A stretch of DNA of 63,170 nucleotides, filler included, from Intoshia linei (taxonomy: Eukaryota > Animalia > Orthonectida): the NCBI GenBank assembly GCA_001642005.1. It is 11 parts of 11 records of this genome, joined end to end, with 100 filler letters (N's around TTAATTAATTAA, not from the genome) between each part and the next. Parts side by side here need not be neighbours in the genome. Positions count along the whole stretch, not along the records: positions 20,852 to 32,035 come from LWCA01001188.1; positions 32,136 to 42,616 come from LWCA01001266.1; 9 more parts are not named here. One strand, 5' to 3'. This document shows, in pieces, positions 24,701 to 38,339 of this stretch. Numbering within the stretch: position 1 is the first letter of the stretch; each line of letters begins with the position of its first letter. The notes beneath the pieces were generated by a model that was not told the DNA's origin, did no database searches, and worked only from the letters and a program-made list of their open reading frames with translations. Position numbers and translations under genes: made by a program.

Positions 24701-27700
24701 TTTTATAAATGATCTATCAAATTGAAATATTTTTACATTTCCGATTTTCTATAATTATATTACTACACCATTTTTAAAATTGACGTTAAATTAATTATAC
24801 CACGTTAATCAGCGTATTAAATTTGTACATAACTATATTTTTTATATACGATAAAAACTATCACATGTCAGTGTAATGATAAATGAAATTATCCATTATT
24901 ACCTCGACTATCGGCTTGAACTAGCCATGCCTGCACAGCAGTAATATCAGTTTGCAAAACTTGACACAACATTTGTAAGACCTAAATGAAATAATATTTA
25001 AAAAATACAATAAAAGAAAAAGAGTAAACTTTAAAATTGAAATTTCCTTGTAAATTAGACCAATTATATTATTTTTTAGTTTAAATGTCTACAAAATTAT
25101 AAAAATGTACAATTTTGAGATAGTAGTGATAGAAATTGATTGCATATTACCTTTTTCCCTTTGTATATTGCGCCATTTTTTAAATTAAAAAAACTAAAAT
25201 TCATGTGAAAGAAACATTTAGGTAAATATTGTTTAAAATTAAAATAGGTAAAAATTTAATAATGATTTAAATTTTAAATTACCCTCAAGATTTTGAATGT
25301 TTTAGTTGGCGTTACTTTTTATATTTTAACTTCATATATATAATTATATGGAAAATTTCATTTTATTCAATCAATATTATGTAAAGTAAGATAATTACTA
25401 TTGCTTCAATGTCAGAGCTAATAATGTGATGGTATATTGGTATTTGTGTCATAATATTTCTACGTTTGGATTTTCGTGATGATAATGATTTAGTTGTGTT
25501 GGGTATAATTCGACCGGATTTTTTTGAATATACAGTTTTTGATGCATTATCAAAAGTTTTGGGTTTTTTATCTTCAAATCCTGTTTCTTGGATAAATTCT
25601 ATCAATTTATTTTTCCATTCTTTGGTTGAGGCAACTAGTTTATAAAATTTTTTTAATTTGTGTAAGTTCATCCTAACTTATATAATACATGTATAACGTT
25701 ATTAATAATAACTTATAATGTATGCTACGCGATTTTTGTTTGTGTGTCTGTCTGTATGTGTGTTCAGCTTTATTTAAATAACTATCCGTCTTAAAATTTT
25801 ATAAAGTCCACATTTCAATTGCAGTTTTTTCCGGTGGTGTTCGAAAACATAATTTAAACCTCCCAAACTCACATCTTACGGTTCAAAAACCCCAATTATC
25901 CCTCTTTTTGAAAATGTAACGAGTTGAAGAATTTAAAAAAATATATATGCTGATACGGATTTTAAAATCATAAACATTAATAATCATTAACGATCATAAA
26001 TTTAAATTTAAAAAAATTATTGCATCAGGGCCAAAACCCAAAATTACCCTTTTTTTTAATGAAAACAGCCCTATAATTTCAAAACATTTATAGGTTGTAC
26101 AGATGTAACCTGTGAAGACACACAGAAAATTTCAATCCGAATAAGTGACGACTTCACAGTCAAAAAAGCATTTTAGTATTAATTTTTTTTTCCGAAATAT
26201 ATTATTAAAACAAAAAATGTGAAATAATTAACGGTCCGAAAATTAAAAAAAAGAGATTATTCTGATAGAGCTTATTCCAGTTGATATAAATACAAAAGTT
26301 TAACTCAAGAAATCTACGCATTCCCGATGAAAAATAATTTTTAATATATTATCAATCAATATTTTTCAAATATTTCGATTAAAATTAGATTAAGATTAGA
26401 TTTTAGTAGACGCCCATTATCAAATTTGTAAACCTAAACGGTTTAGAAAAGTATAATGTCTAAACATCTTGGACGAATTTACATTTTAAACATTCACGAT
26501 TAGATATTGGAACATGGTGCAAAAAATTTTCCGATTATTCGAAAATGGGTCAATTTTTTGAATAATCAATACTCCTAATAAACATTATACTGTTAACAAA
26601 GGCATATATTAAAATTTTAAACACGATTTTGAGATAATTAATGATAAGAGATATGGGTAGAAATTTCATTAATTGATTCCTTCGGTTTTTTTTCATTTTC
26701 AAAAAGTTTAAAATCACTTTTGTACCAAGACAACATCTTTGGACATTATAGTTTATTTACCGGGTGACCAAAAAAATTAATTGCTATTGAATATTAAAAT
26801 GTGGGTGATACAAGAGATTGGGAAAGACTAGTTTCTTGCTATAACACTTCAAAATATTGAATAATTTATACCTAATCCTACTTTTGAGTCCATTGTTTCT
26901 TTGAAGATTCGTTTATTCATTGATTTTCCCATAAAATTTATACCTACGCAATTAATAATGTTAAATAAAATAAAATAATGATATATTTATAAGTATGTAG
27001 TATTATTTTATTATCCGCAAAATATGCTAATATCGATCTGGGTGGCCAAAAATTGAAAAAAAATGTGTATGTTCGGTTTTTGAGAATTTGTGGAAATTAA
27101 TATCAATTCACTTTTTGAAATCTTTTAAATGTAATCGTGACCCGTCAGATAAGTCTTGCTTGTTATTGTTATTAAAATATATTTCTTAACCAGTAAAAAC
27201 TATAATTTTTCTTGATGCTTTAATGAATTTTTAATAGATCCAGGGTCATACGCAGTGGCGGATCTAGGATTTTCTACCAAGGATAGCGAAATAATTATTA
27301 GGAGCTAAACTCATATAATGTATTTAAATTTGAATTTTTATATTACGTTTATTAATATATTTCTTTATCTATAACAATTTACATTTTTTTTCTAGTTTTC
27401 ATTCTATTATATTTTTCAACATTTGCACCAAAATCGTTATTTTCGGCAAGTTTTCTTTCGATTATCAACAACGATAATCCGATAATATAACTTAAACTTC
27501 TATTAAACTCGAATAACAAATTTGTGTAAAATTAAAAAAAATTTTCTAAGACCCATCAAATTGCGTTTATTGAATTATGCTAGTTATCATTATTTACGTT
27601 TTATGTATATTAATATTATATATATAAAAGTTAGTATATAAATGAAAATATTTTAGGCGCAGTTTTGTCATGTCAGGGGGCGACCGCCCCACCTAGATCC

Positions 27701-28666
27701 GCTACTGGTCATACGAACCAGTTTGATGGTCTTTTAACGTTAAATATTTAAATTTTAATGTTATTGATTTATTATAAACCAGTTATCGTGTTAATCGGGC
27801 ACCTAACACTATTGATATTGATTGCATTAATGGGTATATTTATTGAAGATTCTATTGAAAATCGAGGATTACAGAAATATCCTTCATCATTAACAGAACA
27901 AATAGGTATACCCAAAAGTCCTACAAATATAATAAAATATATATAAAATGTATGATAGTGTACCTAATTACAAAAATATGTAACGAAAACATAAATTTGA
28001 ATATAATTAATACAATTAAAAAGGTTAACAACTTCCAAATCAGATATTCAGTCACTTATAATCATTTATCTAATCGTTTAAATAGTAAAAATTACTTGGC
28101 CATTATTATATAAACTAACACTACATTTGTTCATACATAAATGGTCGATAAACTTTATGTAGTTTTACCCCTTCCGTAAAAACAACATTCTTGCAAAAAG
28201 TCCAAGATATTCTCCAAAAGGTTAAATTACGGTACAAAATAAATAGTTTTCCATATAAGTATATTAATAAATATATATATAGACACTATAATACACTATA
28301 TATATATAAGTAACAAATTTATTTTATCAATAATTCGTGGATTCAGTCGATTTAAAAACAATTTTTTCGTACTCTACGTATTAAGTGTAAAGATCCCTCA
28401 TGAGCATAAGTGAATCATGAGTTTATATATCTAATGGTTGTAATGAAATTATATAATATATACTATATATATATCATTAATTTTAATAAAAATGAAAAAC
28501 CTTTAATATGTCTAACTCTGTTAGGGTGAGGTGTATGCCTAACAAAGAAAGAATTTAAACTAATTTTTCCGAATCGTGTTCCACATTTTCTATTTTTAAT
28601 GCAAAAGTCATCTTCCTCCATTGAATTATCATCGTCAGTTGAATGTTTATGAATGATATTAACCAT
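21785..28666 (-). CDS. TBATA: TBATA/SPATIAL (C4orf17-like) family protein, multi-exon
   Basis: FFVRHTPHPNRVRHIKG/LLGIPICSVNDEG (TBATA/C4orf17 N-terminal motif); exons at about 26872-26943 and 25399-25637; then VLQMLCQVLQTDITAVQAWLVQADSR/EQNIVKDIIRAALEK (C-terminal motif). The last two exons (about 22009-21940 and 21830-21785) fit phase but are tentative; the gene could stop at 22661. Confidence 0.7.
23309..23600. mobile_element. hAT-type MITE fragment, family shared with 45082-45325 and 61123-61620
   Basis: cagtggttc terminus; ccatttcaaaatatttattttttt is the reverse complement of 61585-61610. Confidence 0.55.
23748..24381 (+). CDS. FCP1/SCP-like CTD small phosphatase (HAD, NIF domain), 3 exons
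   Basis: KPTLVLDIDHTLL (DxDxT motif), YRPYLDEFLE, VKDLSKL..LNKTILIDDTP, then a final exon PNNFITIKRFYGESNDNALL; TGA at 24379-24381. Confidence 0.88.
25671..26380 (+). mobile_element. Family A Helitron-like copy
   Basis: Begins a|tcctaacttatataat, then a (gtct) microsatellite; reverse complement of 330-904. Confidence 0.7.
27253..27707. mobile_element. hAT MITE with perfect 8-bp TSD gtcatacg
   Basis: cagtggcggatctagg ... cctagatccgctactg, with TSD at 27245-27252 and 27708-27715. A sister copy lies at 35938-36429. Confidence 0.85.
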
Positions 28667-29979
28667 GTAAACTTTATGTATAATAATATTAAATAATAAA
28701 TAAAAATGTTAAAATGATATACAAATCTAGAACATTGTCAATAAAAAGTACGTAGTCAAACGCATACTTTAATTTAACCAAATATTGCACTGTTCGATTT
28801 TTCGCAGTACCAATTGTTTTACTGTTGAAAACATGAATCTAAAACATTATTTTAAACTTCACTCATTGTCAATATGCTCAGTGTTTATTGTAATTTACAA
28901 TTGGTCTTTGATTTTAGTAAAATGTTTCATATTTTTTGTCAGTTGCATTAATTGGGACATTTTACAGTTGATTACATTTAGTAATTAGATAAAAATGTAT
29001 CCAAATTTTTCTTCGTTTTCTGTTTCTATTATATTTTCAGTCTCTTCTTCAGGTTTTTCAGTTGATTCTATGTTTAAAATAATTATTAAGTACATTCAGA
29101 CCCGTATAATTTGAACACGGTATATTTAATACAATTATTTACATGAATCAAAATTAACAATTATTAACACTTCTCATATACTTTTTAAAGACACAATATA
29201 CAAAGCTTAAAGTCACTCTATTGCCGAAATATTAATTTGGTTGTACATGTTAGACTGTATGTTGAGGTAATATTTGAAAAAAAATTTGAATTCTCCAATC
29301 AATGTAGGGTTAGAATTTTACATTTAATTTATTGGTTTTTTTACAAGAAATATACTTTAAATGAAAAATGTATATTTTTACATAAATATTGTTAATAAAT
29401 ATAAGTTTTTAAGTTTATAATTTTTTCTATTGTAATGTTGATAATTTCTCAAGGCACTTGATAATTTGTTGAATGCTAAGTGTTAAGTTATGAAATATTG
29501 ACAAGTTTGTATCTGACAGTTATATTTTTAAATTAAAAAAAATTACTCTCTATTGATTGTTTTATTATACACTCCAACTCCTTGTATGGGTTTTTTTGAA
29601 ATGATTTTCTTTTTATATTACTAAATGTATATTTCATAAAAATAATATAACACTGCACATTTAAAAATTTTTGGCCACTTTTATTATTTTATGAAAGAGT
29701 GAATGAGAAAATCACATTGTAAAAATTAGGAAAAAAATTGAATATCGTATGGTTAGTGAAATAGAGACACATTAGAATTTCCTCTAAAAAATCTAAAACC
29801 CTTTTTTATATTTGTACCATGTATAATGTACAATGTACATGTCGATTTTAAACAATAGTGATTCATATTATATTATAACTAGGTTGACTGTTATGTACAT
29901 TACTTTTAGTAATTTGTTGTTTTAATTTAAATTTTCAATAAAATATTCTGAAAATTAGAATTATAGATTGAAATATTGC

Positions 29980-30772
29980 GTAGAAATGAAAAAAATTATG
30001 AAATTCCGAAGGAATGATTATATAGATTTTCACCTATATTTCTTTATTGGAAATGTATAGACATTTAATGCACATTTTTTTGAAATTGTAGGATCAATAT
30101 TTACATTTTCAATTTTTATTTTAATTGAAATATTTGAAAAATATTGGTTGATAATATATTAAAAATTATTTTTCACTGGGAATGCGTAGATTTTTGAGGT
30201 TGAAATTTTGTGTTTATATCAACTGGAATAATCTCTATCAGAATCTTTCTTTTTTTTTTTAATTTTAGGACCGTTAATTATTTCAAATTTTTTGTTTTAA
30301 TAAAATATTTCGGAAAAAAAATCTATGAATATTAAAATACTTTTTTGACCGTGAAAGCATAACTTATTCAGATTGAAATTTTTGTGTGTGTTAACAGGAT
30401 ACAACTCTACCACCTGTACATTTTTTTAAATGCTAGGGCTGTTTTCATTAAAATAAAAGAGTAATTTGGGGTTTTGGCCCTGAAGATATAATTTTTTTAA
30501 ATTTAAATTTATGATAAAATTTTATTTTAAAATTCGTATCAGAGTATATATTTTTTTAAATTCTCGAACTCGTTTGATTTTCAATAAAAAGGACAATTGG
30601 GCTTTTTAATCCGTAAGATGTGAGTTTGGGAAGTTGTAATATATTTTGCTAACACCCGGAAAAAACTGTAATTGAAATATGGACTTTATAAAATTCTAAG
30701 ACTGGTAGTTATTAAAATAAATGGTAACACACACACAAACAAATATGGCAAATCACATTATATAAGTAAGGA
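29980..30772 (-). mobile_element. Family A Helitron-like copy
   Basis: Colinear with 225-904; ends tatataagtaaggat. Confidence 0.7.
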
Positions 30773-32727
30773 TTTAATATAATTTTATTTTAATTTAACG
30801 TTAAATAAAATTTGAAAATTTCATTTGTTAACTATATATAAGAAATAACCGTCATTGTAATTGTAGTAATTAAATTAGAGTAATAATATTTTTAATTTTT
30901 TTATTTGTACAATTTTTGTATTATTAAAATATACTTAATAACCGAAAACGTTTTTGAGTGTTGTGCAGTTTAATACATTACCTGATACTATTTTCTGTTT
31001 GAGAGTCAACAAATCGTTCACTATATTGTAATAATACTTTATCAATCTAAATCATATTTATGTTGATTAATAAAATAATTTAATAATTGGGGATCCACAA
31101 AGCGGACAGACGGTAGAACTTTGAGGGTCATAAAATTAAATTAAATTTTTTAATTTTTCATGACATTAATCAATTTTTTTGACACCGTAAACCAAGTGTT
31201 CTAATAAAAGTCGTCAGCATGTAAATAATGTTCATTTTATTTAGAACTCGCTATAATTGGCAAACATACAATTGAGCGACTGTCGTTGGAGCGATACATA
31301 TTAGTGTGACATAATCATAAATTTTTTCACCCAAATTTTAAAGATTTTGAAGATAATTTTGGTCCCAAGATTTGGTAGGGATCATTTTTTAAATATAAAG
31401 ATTTTAAAGATAAATTTTGGACTAAAATTTTGCAGGGATTTTAAGGAAACATTTTAAGGAATCTTCAAAATCTTTCAAAATTTTCCTAAAGTTACCCAAA
31501 AAACATTTGTGAAAAACTCAATAATATGATAAATTAGTAAAATCGACGATTATGTCGCTTTAGAGCAGTGATTCTTAAATATGAGCTGCGGCTGACTAGT
31601 GCGCCATGAGTAATATTAAGATGCACCGCAAAGATATTTAAGTTTTTTTTATATAAAAAGTTTTTTATAAAGTAATAAATTATTACTTACTAATAATATA
31701 AGTTAAATATACATTATAGTGTCCACTTTTTAAACTTTCCGTAGAATTAACAAAAGTATATTTTACTGAGCGTTCAAAACGTAATTTAGAACACAATTAC
31801 CAATTAAATTTTATCTAGTTTTGTAATTTCCTTCGCCTATTTTTTTTAAACCTTTTTTAAAAACATGACAGACGAACTTTATTATTGTTCATGTTTTTAT
31901 ATTTATATAAGGTAAAATGACTATTAAATACGTATTTTTGACATGAAAATAGTATCATTGTTAATGGGAAAAAAATAGTACATATTTTAAGATATAAAAA
32001 ATAAATTTATGCATTTAAATGTAAAATATGCTACTNNNNNNNNNNNNNNNNNNNNNNNNNNNNNNNNNNNNNNNNNNNNTTAATTAATTAANNNNNNNNN
32101 NNNNNNNNNNNNNNNNNNNNNNNNNNNNNNNNNNNACTTAAATACCCTAAAGCGTATTGTTGCCTAATGAAACATTGGAATAAAACTATTCAGTTTATGG
32201 ATATATCTTTCACCAATAAGATATGCGAAAGATCTCTTGCATTGATGGATAACGTTGTCCTGACATGTAAAAACTTCAAAAATTTAGAAAATAGAGTTTT
32301 GACTAAATTTAATAATTATGTATAAAAAATTCACAATAAAAATATTACAATTTTAATTAAAATTTAACGATTTAAATTTTATTCTACATTCAAAACTTTT
32401 AATTGAACCTTATTTGGCTTTCTTAGAATTAATTTGATTATATAAGTAAGTAATACTCTTAATATTCATATTTAAATAATAATTTGATATTCTGTGCCCT
32501 TGAGCACCTTTATAAACTTTTTGAATTTTGTTAAGATTTTGGATTTTATGTCTGTTGAACTTTTGGATCTTGTCCTATCAAAAATTCATAAATATTGAAA
32601 TTATGTCCATCCTATTGACTATACTTTGAAAATACTGACAGTTTCGGTAATTAAATACTGATAAATAAAATAGTATTCATATTTAAATGTATATTATACA
32701 TTGTATATAATGTTAATGTCATATTAG

Positions 32728-35700
32728 ATATAATGAAATTTCAAATCTATCTAAATTACAATTTCATACATTCCCTTCGCTCAAGGCACTTTTTTTACAA
32801 GGTAATGAATTTATTTTTATATATTTAAAGATTCATTGTTTATTCCAATATTATTAGGAAATGATATTGTCACAATTGAAAACCTAAATGAATTATCAGA
32901 TTTACGAGAATTAGTTTTGGATAGAAACAAAATTAGAATTATTGACGAGGAATCGTTTTATGGTTTATCCAATTTGCGAGAATTACATTTAGAGGAAAAC
33001 CGTTTAAGGTCAATTTCAAACATTGAATATGCAGAATCAATAGAAATATTATATTTGGGATTTAATAGAATCAGTGTAATTATAATGATTTAATTAAAAT
33101 AATAAATTGTTATTGATTTATCATTTTAGTGTAGCGGTTCTCAACATACTTTGCAGTTGATACCCCATAATAATTTCTATTTATTGTAACTATGATACCA
33201 TGTGAATTAAAAAAAATAAAATAAAATAAATAGTTAGTTAAACTCTACATCATCAAAAATAGATACATAAATGTATTATGAAATTTTAAAAATATTTATA
33301 ATTTATGAATCATAAAATGTGAGTAATAGGATAAGACGAATTGGTACCCCAAAATAATTTATGGTACCCCTAGGGGGTACCAGTACCCCATTTGAGAACC
33401 GCTGTTTTAGTGATAATGTGTATTTTTACTTATATAATATGCTATGCAATATTTGTTTGTGTGTGTGTTCCACTTTATTTCAATAACTACCAGCCTTAGT
33501 ATTTTATAAAGTCAAATTTCAATTAGTTTTTTTCGGGGGTGATAATAAAATAAATTTTACCTTCCAAACTCACATATTACGGGTCAACAAGCCAAATTGT
33601 CCTTTTTTTTGAAAATCAAACGAGTTGGAGAATTTAAAAAAATATATAATCTGATACCGGATTTTAAAATCATAAATTTAAATTTAAAAAAATATATCTC
33701 CAGGACCAAAACCCTAAATTACCTTTTTTTAAATGAAAACAGTCATATAATTTAAAATTTACAGGTGGTACAGTTGTATCCTGTTAACACACACAAAAAA
33801 TTTCGAACTGAATAAGTGACGCCTTCACGGTCAAAAAAGCATTTTAGCATTCATATATTTTTTTCCGAAATATTTTATAAAAACAAAAAATGTGAAATAA
33901 TTAACGATCCGAATAGCATTTAGAAAATGTTTGTTACTATACTGATCACTTTTTTAATATACTTTACTTAATCTATACTTTTATAATTTAAATTAATTAC
34001 ATTTTTGTGGGTGCCAAGTGAAAAAAGGTTAAGAATCCATGGGTTAATGTAAATATTATAAAGGTGTATATCTAATTTTAATGAGGTAATATTAATATTT
34101 ACCTAGCGCAAATACTGTACTTGTATAATGATAAATGTATTCAATAATTTATTGTTGTCGGCTTATAGCAATTTTTTAAAAAATGATGAATTCAGATACT
34201 ATGTATGTATTATTTAACATATTTTTAAAGTTTAATCATCCACATTGTTGATGTAAATACATTTGTACTAACTGGATTACATAAAATAGTGGTTTAGAAT
34301 AGCACATCATCATACAAAATTGAAAATATTTTTTTCACATTAATCAATATATTGGATATTTTTGAGTCATAATTTTATTAATCAATTAATTAAATAGTTT
34401 TTAATGAATTGAAAAAAATAAAGATTAATTCGAGGAATAAAGGGTTATTTTCAATTAACTAAAATTAATTAATTAAAAATTTTTGATTTTATACATTTAA
34501 TGCAAGCAATTCTGATAAGCAATTAATATATTATACTTTTAACACAATTATTATTATCAATTGTATTATTCAATTTTATAATCATACGTTTCAAATTATC
34601 TTCAATTGATTAGTCGACTTTACATATTCATAAATTCATGTATTTATTTCTGAGTTTGAATATTTCACACAAAAATTTTTTGTCAGTTTTTAAAGAAATA
34701 AAATGATATTTTAACAATAATGAGGGTTGCTTTCAATAATGCAAACTTTGAAATGGTTTAATTTAATCGTATTTAATATGATCTTTACTTGTAGAAATCA
34801 CATAATCATTATGATAATGTCATATACAATATATATAATAATTTATTGTTTATATTAAATATGTATAAAATATAGTTAATTCCTAATTTAAAATTTTACT
34901 TTAATTTATTCTTAGGTTATAAGTGACTTGGATTATCTTCGTCAACTCGATAATTTGACTGAAATTTCTTTACTGAATAATCCAATATCTAAAAATGGAA
35001 ATCATCGAATGCTCATAATTGAATCAAATAAAAAAATTAACATTATAGATGGGATTATTGTTTCCACTGAAGAAAAGAAAAATGTTTATAGCTATTTTGC
35101 GGATATGCCATTTACTAATAAAACCCTTAATAATTCAAAAAACAATGTAAACCTAACGAGGAACTTTACTAAATCACCACCTCTAAGAATTAACAATCTA
35201 CAATTTGTAACAAATCAATTTTATAATAGATTTACAAAAGGTAATACCTATTACAGCAAGTTTACGATCATGGAGAGGGGTTATGTCCATATGGCCCGGA
35301 CCTACAGTCATGTTGGACCTACTTTTTTAAATTATTAATACGTTATTAATTAATTGTTGGAAAATTTTGTTCGTATACCAAAATTATCGTATAGCCAATG
35401 TTCTATGCGATTTCCAACGATTATTTTTAATTTTTAGTTAATGAACGATCAATAAAGCAATGTGTAGAGTCCTATTCTCAAAATTTTTTTTAGGGGATTA
35501 CAATGTTTATCTGACCCGGGCCTACTGCTAGCTGTCCACTGTCCTAGGCAACTTTTGAAAACTTAATAATTAATATAGCACACATATATGATAATGTATA
35601 ATATACCTTGTACATCATAAAATATTAATCATTAATATATAATAAATAATTCGTACTTATATAAAGTGAAATAGTTAAAAATGTATATGTTTATTTATTT

Positions 35701-36808
35701 ATCCATTTAATTGTTCCAGTTTATTTAAGAAAGTAAGAGGAGTCAAGTTTTACAAATACCATATTTTTATAACAGTTTTTCGAGAGTAATGTTTTATAGT
35801 AAATTTTATTTTCAGAAATTGTCAGAAATCTTCAAGGTCAAAAACCCAATTGTCCTTTATTTTTAAATTAAAATTGGTATAATATAAAATATATTATAAA
35901 TATTTTTGCAGAAGTGTGCCAACCCCTGTATCACATTCTGTGGCGGATCTAGGATTTTCAGCCAGGGGGACGAAATAATTATTAGGAGCCAAACGCATAT
36001 AATGTATTTAAATTGGAATTTTTATATGATGTTTATTAAATATTTCTATCTACATATAATATAATATAATTATAGTACAACATATGTATAATAATAATTT
36101 TTTTTTCTTGTTTTCATTCTATTAAATTTTTTAACGTTGATCATTCAGCTGTTGAGTTGTTCAACTGCATCAAAATCGACATTTTTGGCAAGTTCTCTTT
36201 CGATTATGAACAACGTTAAGTCCGATAATTTAACTTAAACTGATGTTATTAGTGTAAAAAATAATACATACATGAGTGTTGAATGATTACTATATACATA
36301 AAACGTAAACGATGGGTGCTAGAAATTTTTTTCATTTTTCTAAATGTTAATACACAAATTAAAATATTTTAGTCGCACATTTGTCACGCCAAGGGGGCAG
36401 TCGCCCCCCTCCCCCTAGACCCGATACTGATCACACTGTGTATTCTAGTAAAAATGTATAGGACTTTTTGATTAAATTATACTCCTTGAATTGCTACAAG
36501 ACATTTTGGGTCACAGTAATAATCAATATAACAATAATATTATTACTTCTAGACTTCAATTTAATTAGTCAATAAAAAAATAATTCGGATGATTGTTTTT
36601 ACAGTTAATATCACATTATTGTAGTATTGCAAGATAATTAAAAATTATTTTATTTTCATTTTAAATATATTTTTGATTTACATATGTTTATGATTATATA
36701 ATTTTAGATGAATATGAAAATGATGCATTCAAAAAACATTATACCCAACAAAATAATGATAAAAAATGGTCAAAAAATGTTACAAATTTTAAATGGAAAT
36801 ATCATTAA
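32728..36808 (+). CDS. LRRC9: LRRC9-like leucine-rich repeat protein, C-terminal exons only
   Basis: YNEISNLSKLQFHTFPSLKALFLQG/NDIVTIENL..LRELVLDRNKI..LHLEENRLR..LYLGFNRIS/..NNPISKNGNHRMLII..IIDG resembles the LRRC9 C-terminus. The last exon (about 36708-36808) fits phase; the 5' part is missing beyond the gap at 32036-32135. Confidence 0.75.
33132..33404. mobile_element. hAT-Charlie-type MITE with 8-bp TSD ttttagtg
   Basis: tagcggttctcaa ... ttgagaaccgctg, with TSD at 33124-33131 and 33405-33412. Confidence 0.85.
33425..33910 (+). mobile_element. Family A Helitron-like copy in an LRRC9 intron
   Basis: tacttatataatatgctatgcaatatttgtttgtgtgtgtg..., colinear with 25710-26240. Confidence 0.7.
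35938..36429. mobile_element. hAT MITE, sister of 27253-27707
   Basis: ctgtggcggatctagg ... cctagacccgatactg; TSD atcacatt/atcacact. Confidence 0.8.
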
Positions 36809-37283
36809 ATTTTAAAAGTTGTTATTGTTTTACATCACACATATTCTAAAATTATGGTTTTAGATTTAATATTTAATTTTCCCCATAGTAACACCCCAGT
36901 TAACTAAATTTAATTTTTTTTAAATTTTTTAGGGACAAATTATAATTGTTTATGTAATTATATTTAAGTATACTGAAATTAAAAAAGAATTGAATCATTT
37001 CAAAATTTGAAAGTATATTTATATAAATTGTATTTATAATTAACCAATAATAAAGAAAATATACATAATGTATTTATTATAGTGCTTTTTATAATTATAA
37101 TATATCATTTTACGGTAGGTAATTATGCATGTGCGTAATATATACTGAATTTAAAAAACAAATAGAAATTATGGAAAGTGATCCAAATTATATTGATTCT
37201 ATAATTTAATCTGGTGTAATTAAAAGGAATATTTCTTTAATGCAAATTTAAATATTAAAAAACTAAAAATTTTGAAATCAAAT

Positions 37284-38339
37284 TCATTTATTAATAATAA
37301 TATTTTTGTAGGGATACTTGATTAGAGATTTGGCTGTTTTTCTAAATTTTTCGCTCATACAGCAAAATAATATAAAATTAATCAAAGAGGTGGAAAGTGT
37401 TAATAAATCTGAAAAATCTGAAAGAGGAACGTATAATTTTTCAAATAATTTTTCATTGAATGCACAAATGAGTGTTAATATACCATACGGCATTTCGCGT
37501 AAGAGCGTTGTTGCAATAATAGCAAGCAGTATAGCTGTTGACATGCGTTCCTTCTTTGAATATTTAATTTTTAATTTATTAATTGGAATTTCATTAGTAT
37601 TTAATAAAATTTGTTTCTGTTGTAAATTAAATCCGAAGTTTGAGTTTGTATTCGTTAAACGATCTTTGCGTCGTCGTTTTTGTGATTGTATCACCATTAT
37701 CATTTGAATTGTAATGATGACTAGTAATATACAGGGTATTATCCTAAAACAAATTGAGTTGAGCCAAAACATTACTGATATAATCCAAGGAGTTACAAAT
37801 AAGCGATATCCAATTTGGTATAAACAGTAATCGGTATTATTTTCACAGATTTGTATAGGTGTATAAATGGCATATGTTAATATAGAAAAAAATAATATCA
37901 TAACAGTTACAGAAATTACCACTTTAGTGCAAAACCGATAATTAGTTTTTAATTGACAAGCTCCAGTATGCATTTTTCTAATAATGTATATCCGATAAAA
38001 ACCGAGATTGATGGTTAACCAAAATGATATTTGATGAAGTGTAATGAATAAATGGTTGAAAACAATTTTTAAAATGATGAGATCATAGGTAGGACGAATG
38101 TAAACTTTTATGTAAAACAGTATTACGTAAGGAATATATAATATGCACAAGCACTGCTGAATGACGCAAATTGTCACTAACATCAAATTTATGGTATTAA
38201 TTATATTTTTTCTAGTCAATACCATCAAAAAGGCAATATTGCATGAAATTGAAATGATACATAAAGGAATTGATATCCATTCATACACATTTTCCAGGTT
38301 TTGACTAAAAAGTTTTATTGTATCGTAAAATTTTACCAT
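37284..38339 (-). CDS. Intronless class A peptide GPCR (myosuppressin/dmsr/sex-peptide-receptor-like)
   Basis: Seven hydrophobic segments; LHQISFWLTINLGFYR (TM3), FRIIPCILL (TM5), EMPYGIL (TM6), INFILFCCMSEKFRKT (TM7/H8). First in-frame ATG is at 38339. Confidence 0.88.
   Translation of the reverse strand: MVKFYDTIKLFSQNLENVYEWISIPLCIISISCNIAFLMVLTRKNIINTINLMLVTICVIQQCLCILYIPYVILFYIKVYIRPTYDLIILKIVFNHLFITLHQISFWLTINLGFYRIYIIRKMHTGACQLKTNYRFCTKVVISVTVMILFFSILTYAIYTPIQICENNTDYCLYQIGYRLFVTPWIISVMFWLNSICFRIIPCILLVIITIQMIMVIQSQKRRRKDRLTNTNSNFGFNLQQKQILLNTNEIPINKLKIKYSKKERMSTAILLAIIATTLLREMPYGILTLICAFNEKLFEKLYVPLSDFSDLLTLSTSLINFILFCCMSEKFRKTAKSLIKYPYKNIIINK

Noticed and set aside
37318-37707. Plus-strand 129-aa ORF (likewise 1690-1899, 42069-42275, 45684-45887, 51680-51880, 52503-52877, 52902-53129)
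   Set aside because: Antisense shadows of recognisable minus-strand coding sequence.
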